Source: a virus
Lineage: Duplodnaviria > Caudoviricetes
IMG/VR virus record: IMGVR_UViG_3300018015_000022
Coordinates: 1 to 34,063 of that record
Strand: one strand, 5' to 3'
Length of the DNA: 34,063 nt
The notes under the pieces: model-generated
What the model saw: the letters and a program-made list of their open reading frames with translations, nothing else
The model's database searches: none
Told to the model about the DNA's origin: nothing
Position numbers and translations under genes: made by a program
Shown here: piece after piece, positions 27,684 to 34,063 of the stretch
How the letters are laid out: each line of letters starts with the position of its first letter
How positions within the stretch are numbered: the first letter of the stretch is position 1

Positions 27684-27760
27684 AAAAATAAAAATGGCTC
27701 AAGCCATTGCTGACTTGAGCCATTGCTTGTTCCCCGAAGGGGGGCATGTGTCTCAACTTA
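27684..27760 (-). promoter_or_regulatory. Conserved attenuator-like RNA element, copy B
   Basis: - strand TTGAGACACATGCCC-CCC-TTCG-GGG-AACAAGCAATGGCTCAAGTCA-GCAA-TGGCTTGAGCCAT-TTTTATTTTT. Confidence 0.8.
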
Positions 27761-27781
27761 CAAATTCAAAACGTCGCCTCA

Positions 27782-28801
27782 TTACGCCGCTACTGCTTGC
27801 TCCGTAATTTCTTGATGAATGGACTGCGAAGTAGACTGCCGACGTTGCTGCTCATTCAAATTCAACGGATCGGGGCGTTCATTGGCCTTTACGGCACGCG
27901 CTACATCGGCAAATCGCGATGGTTGCGCAATGCGAACATCCGGGTTCGAGCCAATCTTTTCCGCCCATTCCTTATCTTTCGCCACCAGTTTTTCTTGGAT
28001 TTCTTTATCTTTGGCGGCTAACTGCTCTTGCAAAGGCTTTTGCGCAGCGGCAGCAACTTCGGCATCGTGTGCCTGTTGCGCTTTTTGCTGCAACGCTGTT
28101 TGCTTAGTAGCGAAATCATATTTGCGCGCCACATAATCGCGGAATGGCAAACGAGCGTTTGATGCTTCTTTCGCTAAGACATCAAAACTGTCGGGCAAAA
28201 ACTGACCACCGCTCAGCCGCGCATATTCCTGCATTGCCCAACCGACATTGCTGATGCCGGCACCCAAGCGTTCGTCAATGGCCTCCATTGAAAAGACCGG
28301 AGAGCCAGGCGTCCCATCGCCCGTGCCAGCCACATAGCGGCCTTTCGCATCGCGTACTTGGTTGGGTAAAGCGGCTGGTGCTGGTAAGTTTTGCGGCTGA
28401 TACCCTGGCGCATCCTGCGGAATAAATCCTCCGCTTCGCGCCGACTCATTTTGAGTTTTATAAAACGCGATTTGCGCATCTAAATTAGCTTTTTCCGTAC
28501 CCCATGTATTAAGTGCAGGCGCGATACTTTCGTCGTAGAACTGACGATAGCTGCGCTCTGCGACTTCGGCCGCTTCTTTTGCCTCAGCGGCCGTCTTGCG
28601 TTCTTGTTCAGCCTTAGTCACTGCCTCAGCGGCGGCTTTTCTTTCCTGCTCAGCTTTTGCCGCAGCTTGCTGTGCAGCTTGGCGTTCCTGTTCCGCGGTC
28701 GTCAATACGCCGCTAAAAGCTTCAACAGCCTTAGCGTCGATTGCGGCGATTTGCTCATCGGTAAAACCGGATTGTTTCAGTATTTCTTGAACAGTGGCCA
28801 T
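27782..28801 (-). CDS. Putative capsid scaffolding protein
   Basis: Likely start MATVQEILK (SD GGGAG). Long Ala/Glu/Gln/Lys coiled coils. Lies between portal and capsid. Confidence 0.65.
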   Translation of the reverse strand: MATVQEILKQSGFTDEQIAAIDAKAVEAFSGVLTTAEQERQAAQQAAAKAEQERKAAAEAVTKAEQERKTAAEAKEAAEVAERSYRQFYDESIAPALNTWGTEKANLDAQIAFYKTQNESARSGGFIPQDAPGYQPQNLPAPAALPNQVRDAKGRYVAGTGDGTPGSPVFSMEAIDERLGAGISNVGWAMQEYARLSGGQFLPDSFDVLAKEASNARLPFRDYVARKYDFATKQTALQQKAQQAHDAEVAAAAQKPLQEQLAAKDKEIQEKLVAKDKEWAEKIGSNPDVRIAQPSRFADVARAVKANERPDPLNLNEQQRRQSTSQSIHQEITEQAVAA

Positions 28802-28824
28802 AACAGTGTTTTCTCCCGAATTTT

Positions 28825-29139
28825 TCAATATTGCGGTTGTTGACCCATAGGCGTAGGCTGCGGCGGCGTAATAAGTGCCGTCTGCATATCTTGAATGCCT
28901 TGAGAAACTTTTTCGGCGCCTGCGGCAAGACGAGGATCAGATGCAGCCATTTGCTTAACAACCTGGTACCACTGAGCTAGTAATCTTTGTAGATCGGTAC
29001 CAGGAGCTTGCGAAGGCGCTTGCTGCGGTTGCTGCGAGGCATCAGGCTGGGAAGGAGTTTGCGGAGGCGCGCCGCCTCCCTGGGGGGGAGCGGCGCCCTG
29101 GGCTTGTTGATCTGGCATTGGTGTGGGTGTAGTCGCCAT
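28825..29139 (-). CDS. Pro/Gln-rich small head-module protein
   Basis: 104 aa with a helical core and P/Q-rich ends, typical of a post-portal gene. Confidence 0.65.
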   Translation of the reverse strand: MATTPTPMPDQQAQGAAPPQGGGAPPQTPSQPDASQQPQQAPSQAPGTDLQRLLAQWYQVVKQMAASDPRLAAGAEKVSQGIQDMQTALITPPQPTPMGQQPQY

Positions 29140-29143
29140 TTAA

Positions 29144-29251
29144 TTAAGCCTTGATGGCGCTTTTCTTGCCACGGCCCTTGCGACCACGGCCCTTGCGGCC
29201 CCGTTTCAGATGGCTCGCCTTCATAGCTTTAACACGACGTCTCTTTGCCAT
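29144..29251 (-). CDS. 35-aa protamine-like microprotein (not in the ORF track)
   Basis: MAKRRRVKAMKASHLKRGRKGRGRKGRGKKSAIKA. Strong SD AAGGAG 6 nt before ATG. Stop is 4 bp before the next start. Confidence 0.8.
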   Translation of the reverse strand: MAKRRRVKAMKASHLKRGRKGRGRKGRGKKSAIKA

Positions 29252-29269
29252 GATGTTCTCCTTGGGTTG

Positions 29270-29345
29270 AAATAGAAACGGCTCAAGGCCGTTTCGGTCT
29301 TGAGCCATTGCTTATTCCCCAAGGAGGGGGGGCATGCATCTCAAT
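29270..29345 (-). promoter_or_regulatory. Conserved attenuator-like RNA element, copy A
   Basis: - strand TTGAGATGCATGCCC-CCCC-TCCTT-GGGG-AATAAGCAATGGCTCAAGACC-GAAAC-GGCCTTGAGCCGT-TTCTATTT. Confidence 0.8.
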
Positions 29346-29355
29346 ATCTTTTTGA

Positions 29356-29384
29356 GATATATGACTTATTTAGTTGTTTGTCAA
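29356..29384 (-). promoter_or_regulatory. Candidate sigma70 promoter just upstream of element A
   Basis: TTGACA-N17-TATATC on the - strand, in an AT-rich intergenic region. Confidence 0.5.
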
Positions 29385-29391
29385 GCACTAA

Positions 29392-29631
29392 TTACAAAAT
29401 TTTTGTACCTATGCCTAACAAGTTTCGAACTTGATCAACTAAATGCTCCGGAATTTTGGTTCGCTGCTCCACATTAACTCCTTGCACAGTGCCCTGGTTA
29501 TACTGAATCGCCATTTTCCCATTCGTTCCGATCGCTTTAAGCAATTCATCGACCTCGGCGACATTAGTTGGTAAACTAACACTTACCTCAGTCAAGATGT
29601 AATCTTTTTGAACTTTGATTCCAACAGTCAT
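29392..29631 (-). CDS. Hypothetical protein (79 aa)
   Basis: SD AAGGAG before MTVGIKVQ. Sits between the portal gene and element A. Confidence 0.65.
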   Translation of the reverse strand: MTVGIKVQKDYILTEVSVSLPTNVAEVDELLKAIGTNGKMAIQYNQGTVQGVNVEQRTKIPEHLVDQVRNLLGIGTKIL

Positions 29632-29669
29632 GCTCAATCTCCTTGCTATCGGCAAAATAAGTCATTCGC

Positions 29670-31739
29670 CTAAGATTCACTTACAACGGTTCTAGGACTG
29701 CCGCCTTGAGACCCTTTTTGTTTTAACTTTGGCGCTTTTGCTCCGCTCGGGGGACGGCCGCCGCCGCCTTTTCCCCCACCGCCACCTTTACCGCCACCCT
29801 TTTCACCGCCTTCTTGCGGAATTTGAATTCCTAGTTGCTGCATTAACTGCTGAGCAGCCGCGGCAGCTAAAATTTTGAGTTTTTGCATTTCAATTTCTTC
29901 GTTAAACCATTTTTCGCGTTCAGTATTGCCGGGAACATCGCCGTAATTCGGCACATCGAGTTTCTTCATTACCGTTGCCCATGAAATAGGCGCATTCCCG
30001 CGTTTTAGCTGCAAATACTTCATCTGTTCCTGCATCTGCGTAATGCGCAGCAATGTACTAGGAACGGAAACCAAGCGTATTTGTTTAGCAAACCAACGAG
30101 CGCGCGTTAGCCGATCATACTGGGATGGATTTTCCGGGAATACGCCGTTAATAAGCTCATCCGGCATATGGCTAGGAACCAGATCATCCGGATTAAAGTC
30201 GAATACCGTCCTATCGAGTTGATCCGGTCCCACGTATTCCATAATCCGTTTTACGTTAAACCATTGCAAAATAAGAAATTTCATGCGATAACCAATCGCT
30301 TTATTGGCTTTTTCAATTCTTGCCGCAATGCCCTTTGCAATGGGCCCAATCGATTCGAGCATCTTATCGGCCGTATCATTGGCCAGATTCATTTTCATAT
30401 TTTGCAAGTTTCCCAAATCCTGCAATCCAAGTTGCGATTGCTTGCAGTTTTTCAAGTATTCCAAAAATTTAAAATGCTCACTATTAACGCGAACTTCTTC
30501 AGGCAAAATCGACTGCATGATTTTTTTGGGTTCGCCATCAACGCCATATCGAACGTCTTCTTCAAAAATGTCGAAGTGCTCGATTTTTGGGCCGCCGGTT
30601 GCGGTGTGATCGTAGCCGATCGGGGGATTTAGCGTAGCCGTAATCACTTGATCGATTTTTCGTTCAATTTTCCGAGTTGTAATTTCGATTGAGCCAACAT
30701 CGCCGACCAAAGATCTTCCCAGCGGTTCCCACGCCCAATCATCTACGACGTATTGGATGACCGGCATCTTGCCGTCCCAATCAAATGCCGGGCCATCGTA
30801 CATTGGCCGATCCAAGCCAGCAGAAGTGATGATGAGCCGCAGATTGGGATAGACGCGGCAATCTTCAACACTTGCCGGACGCATAAAAGGCATACCGTTA
30901 TGCATGCCGCCAAAAATCATTTGGCCAACAAAAGGAACTTTGTAAAACCAGCTGGTGCCCGGATCGCCCATCGGCAGTTCAAAGCCCGTAGTATTAATAC
31001 GAAGATCGCGAATAAACGTATAGCGGATCTCCGTATAGAGATTTCCAAAACTACGCCCTTGTTCGCCATAGCGATAGCGTTCAGCATAATCCAAGCGTCT
31101 CGCCTGAACTTGCGTTTTGTAGCTACGCGGCCCAACTGTTTGTAAAAGTCCCTGGTAAAGCGGAAATCTGCCATGTGCTTCTGCGATTGGCATGTAATCG
31201 TAAATTGTTACCGCATAGGCGTCTTGCACATCATTGGTTCGCGGAATTTGTACCGGAACAACATCCAAAAGCCCTAACGCTTCAAAAACAATCTTACGTT
31301 CGCCATATCCATATTCATCAGCGCGAACTTTTGGCCACAGATAGCCAATGCCCATCACGCTGGCATATTGCAAGACTTTTAGAATCTGAAAGGGAAAATC
31401 TGACTCTAGATAGACCGCTCTAGCAACTTTGGTAAGCATTTCTGCAAATTTTTTATAAGCAGGAAAGTCAGAACCATAGGCTGCAATTTCACGTACTTCC
31501 GCCAAAGTTTCGCAGAATTTACGGATGTCATACTTTAGTTCGTTTGTCAGTAGGGTCGAACGCGACTTATCGCGAAAAATCGCATCAAACACACGCAGAT
31601 TGACGCCCAAATTCTTGAAGCAGGTTTGGCCCTCCAAAAACCCTTCGCCCTCTTGAATTTGTTCTTCAATCCATCCAGCGCGAACGCTGGGGGACGACTC
31701 AAATACCGGGGCCTGCCATGCCGTGGTATCTAATTCCAT
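29670..31739 (-). CDS. Portal protein
   Basis: 689 aa after the terminase. YASVMGIGYL, GRSLVGD, ...KIDQVI..TLNPPI helical pattern. Gly/Lys-rich tail. Synteny. Confidence 0.75.
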   Translation of the reverse strand: MELDTTAWQAPVFESSPSVRAGWIEEQIQEGEGFLEGQTCFKNLGVNLRVFDAIFRDKSRSTLLTNELKYDIRKFCETLAEVREIAAYGSDFPAYKKFAEMLTKVARAVYLESDFPFQILKVLQYASVMGIGYLWPKVRADEYGYGERKIVFEALGLLDVVPVQIPRTNDVQDAYAVTIYDYMPIAEAHGRFPLYQGLLQTVGPRSYKTQVQARRLDYAERYRYGEQGRSFGNLYTEIRYTFIRDLRINTTGFELPMGDPGTSWFYKVPFVGQMIFGGMHNGMPFMRPASVEDCRVYPNLRLIITSAGLDRPMYDGPAFDWDGKMPVIQYVVDDWAWEPLGRSLVGDVGSIEITTRKIERKIDQVITATLNPPIGYDHTATGGPKIEHFDIFEEDVRYGVDGEPKKIMQSILPEEVRVNSEHFKFLEYLKNCKQSQLGLQDLGNLQNMKMNLANDTADKMLESIGPIAKGIAARIEKANKAIGYRMKFLILQWFNVKRIMEYVGPDQLDRTVFDFNPDDLVPSHMPDELINGVFPENPSQYDRLTRARWFAKQIRLVSVPSTLLRITQMQEQMKYLQLKRGNAPISWATVMKKLDVPNYGDVPGNTEREKWFNEEIEMQKLKILAAAAAQQLMQQLGIQIPQEGGEKGGGKGGGGGKGGGGRPPSGAKAPKLKQKGSQGGSPRTVVSES

Positions 31740-31777
31740 TCATAACTGCTTTCCTCCTCGGTAAGCTGCTATTGTGC

Positions 31778-31805
31778 ATAGTAAAACAATTCGATCTTTT
31801 GTCTA
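31778..31805 (-). promoter_or_regulatory. Candidate promoter upstream of the portal gene
   Basis: TAGACA-N16-TACTAT on the - strand, intergenic. Confidence 0.35.
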
Positions 31806-31816
31806 CAGCAAGTTAG

Positions 31817-32197
31817 TTATCGCCCCTGTTCGTAAGCTTCGCTGTGTAAATAACTAACACGTTTTTGCTTTGTACGATTTTCTTTTTTGTCATAATTTGC
31901 TAAATGCCGTTCCAAAAATTCCCGGTTAATAGAATTGCGCGCATTTGATGCCAACCATAAAATTTCCTTGCGTAGTGCATCCCGCATTGGGCCTTCAACC
32001 ATTTCGCGCTTTTGATCTTCTATCTCGCCGTTCATTGCTTCCCATATGCGCATTCTTTCTGAACATAGTTCGGCTTCGTGCGCCGTATTACACACTACTT
32101 TTTCGAATCCATCTGGTGCTGGATAAACCTCGGGTAGCCCCATTCGCCATTCGCAAGTCATCGGATTAAACCAAAATACAATTTTTTTGCCAAGCAC
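31817..32197 (-). CDS. Hypothetical protein
   Basis: 126-aa ORF tightly packed in the operon. Confidence 0.65.
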   Translation of the reverse strand: MLGKKIVFWFNPMTCEWRMGLPEVYPAPDGFEKVVCNTAHEAELCSERMRIWEAMNGEIEDQKREMVEGPMRDALRKEILWLASNARNSINREFLERHLANYDKKENRTKQKRVSYLHSEAYEQGR

Positions 32198-32198
32198 T

Positions 32199-32801
32199 TT
32201 ACGCCTCCGGTTTATCCAACTTAAATTGGTTTTTTGATTGAAGCCATTTAGCTCGCATTTTCCTAAATTTATTTCGCAAATCTTTTTGCGTCAATCGAGA
32301 CAATCGCTTAAATTCTTCAGGATCTAAAACAAATTGCGAATCGATTCCATCATCATTTACTGGAAGTAAGCTGTTTACAATTCCTCCGCTTTCCAAAGCT
32401 TGTAAAGTTAATGGCGTGGTCATTGCTTCAACAAACGTCTTGCTCCACCGCATCTTGCGAACAACTTTTGCGGTTTGGTCATGACGCTGCATAGGCGTCA
32501 TCATAGTTGGATGAAGCCTTTTTCCCTTTTGAATAGCTTTTTCCTGTTCACAAAAAAACTTTTGTTGCTTTTTCCACCAACCCAATTCGGCAAAACAATG
32601 ACGATCAAGTCGAACTATTTGTAACCAAGAATGACCTTGAAGTCCCCAAACACGCTTTTGCACAGTTATATCGCCATTTTTTTCTTTAACTATCGTTCCC
32701 AAATTAAAAACAAGTTCTTTCCAAAATAAGTGAACAAACATTTTATCTTCATCACGCTGAACGTTTAGCCATTTTCCCAAATGGATTAACTCTTTTTTCA
32801 T
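32199..32801 (-). CDS. Hypothetical basic protein
   Basis: 200-aa ORF starting 1 bp after the terminase stop, AT-rich. Confidence 0.6.
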   Translation of the reverse strand: MKKELIHLGKWLNVQRDEDKMFVHLFWKELVFNLGTIVKEKNGDITVQKRVWGLQGHSWLQIVRLDRHCFAELGWWKKQQKFFCEQEKAIQKGKRLHPTMMTPMQRHDQTAKVVRKMRWSKTFVEAMTTPLTLQALESGGIVNSLLPVNDDGIDSQFVLDPEEFKRLSRLTQKDLRNKFRKMRAKWLQSKNQFKLDKPEA

Positions 32802-32802
32802 T

Positions 32803-34062
32803 TCAATCCCATCCTCCTACAGCAACGGCATTAAGCGAGCACGTTGCGCGGCAAAGCGGCGGATTTAGACTCGTTGGCGGCGAATAACGACGTTGCGCAC
32901 GATCCGCAAGTACATCCATGTCGTGAACCGTAAAGTACGATTGCGCGGCCGCGCGCACACGATCATCATGGTAGCCACTGCGATGAACCATTTTTGAAGC
33001 CCTGCCGGCAGCCTCATGACGCTCTAGGGTTTTAAGTTCTTCAATCAACCACCTAGACGAGGGTCGATACCAACCGCCATTTACAGCTTCCGTAAAGCGC
33101 GTCATCAAAATTGGCACGCTCCATACATTTGAAAACCATCCCTCTTTCTTTCCGGAATCGTCTTTAATTTTTTTGCTGTCGTATCGCCGTGGTTTGTGAT
33201 GGTAATGAAATCCCATCAGCTTGAGCTGGTGCTGGCAAGTATCGCCAGGTCGGCTAATCTGCTCTACGCAAAATTTGACGCCCAGCGGATTTTTAGTTCG
33301 TTCGCCATACCATGCAGCTAAACATGCCGCAAAACCTACGATTTGCGCCGAATTAATTCGATTTGAAGTTAGCTCACAAACCTGAACGTCGCACTCATCG
33401 CCAAATCTATTGCGCGTCATTGAAACGCAAGTACGGTCTTCGTCTTCTTTTCCCAAGCCGTCGGCTGTATCAATTCCGCAGCTATAGTCGCAGCCCGGTT
33501 TTGGTTCTTCATAAACCAGCAGTTTGTCCAGGGTATCGTTTTCGTCTTCTTCGTCTACCGTTTTTAAGGGCACCAGCGTCCAGAAAAATCTTTGCCCGCG
33601 GTCCGAAGTCCAACTAACGCGAATATGTTGCTTTTCGTAGTCAATGATCGATTCATCTGGATAGAATTCTTTGACAATTGAATCGCCAGTAATCGCGTAT
33701 GCTTGAACAGGATTTTTTCTTTCCGCTCTTCCATTGGGCTGGATTTCATAAACATACTTTTCGATTTGATCAATTACGTCAGAATCAAAAACGCTGTCGT
33801 AAACACCAGTTAGGGCTTCAAAATCATCGGCAGCCATTTGTGCTAGCCATATTTTTTGGGTATGGTTCTTACATGCTTGGAGATAATTAAATTCCCAAAA
33901 CCATTTTTGCTCAATTGGCATCCGCCAATCCTTGCCAACAACTTTAGTTAAATATGAGGTGTTACGAACATAGAGTTCGCAACGCGTTATATGTTTACGC
34001 GTTGCATCGGTTGGTTGCCAGCCGCCTGGAATAGGAAATTTTCGAAGCCAATCATCTTCGGG
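32803..34062 (-). CDS. terL: Terminase large subunit, C-terminal part (5'-truncated)
   Basis: Frame is open to the window end. RNase H-like nuclease motifs YSCGIDTADGLG..D, VEQ and HDDRVRA. Upstream of the portal gene. Confidence 0.85.
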   Translation of the reverse strand, partial: PEDDWLRKFPIPGGWQPTDATRKHITRCELYVRNTSYLTKVVGKDWRMPIEQKWFWEFNYLQACKNHTQKIWLAQMAADDFEALTGVYDSVFDSDVIDQIEKYVYEIQPNGRAERKNPVQAYAITGDSIVKEFYPDESIIDYEKQHIRVSWTSDRGQRFFWTLVPLKTVDEEDENDTLDKLLVYEEPKPGCDYSCGIDTADGLGKEDEDRTCVSMTRNRFGDECDVQVCELTSNRINSAQIVGFAACLAAWYGERTKNPLGVKFCVEQISRPGDTCQHQLKLMGFHYHHKPRRYDSKKIKDDSGKKEGWFSNVWSVPILMTRFTEAVNGGWYRPSSRWLIEELKTLERHEAAGRASKMVHRSGYHDDRVRAAAQSYFTVHDMDVLADRAQRRYSPPTSLNPPLCRATCSLNAVAVGGWD

Positions 34063-34063
34063 A

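Noticed and set aside
2332-33890. Numerous short antisense or alternate-frame ORFs within long structural genes
   Set aside because: Shadows of Gly/Thr/Ala-rich coding sequence with no recognisable motifs or start signals.
33979-34005. 9-bp inverted repeat GCAACGCGT..ACGCGTTGC
   Set aside because: Single copy inside the terminase coding sequence with no supporting context.

Overview
This window is most of the morphogenesis (late) region of a tailed dsDNA phage or prophage of podovirus-like design, transcribed on the - strand. Gene order is terminase large subunit (truncated at the window end), portal, scaffold, major capsid, decoration proteins, adaptor, three signal-peptide-bearing fibre/spike-like proteins, lysis genes, tail/nozzle proteins, tail fibre, three DNA-ejection-like proteins and a Cas4-like Fe-S protein. 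No tape-measure or sheath gene is visible. At the left end a 13-repeat CRISPR-like array (37-bp repeats, highly polymorphic except for a conserved 3' hairpin) sits with no leader between two convergent genes, one being the Cas4-like gene. Other unusual items: (1) a five-copy structured RNA element that looks like a terminator/antiterminator switch; (2) a duplicated putative decoration protein with an inserted DUF3494 ice-binding-like domain; (3) two antisense homing-endonuclease genes, each spanned by a stop-free 'bridge' ORF on the operon strand; (4) two microproteins missed by the ORF track (protamine-like and Zn-ribbon). All protein calls are from motif recognition and synteny by eye; no searches were run.
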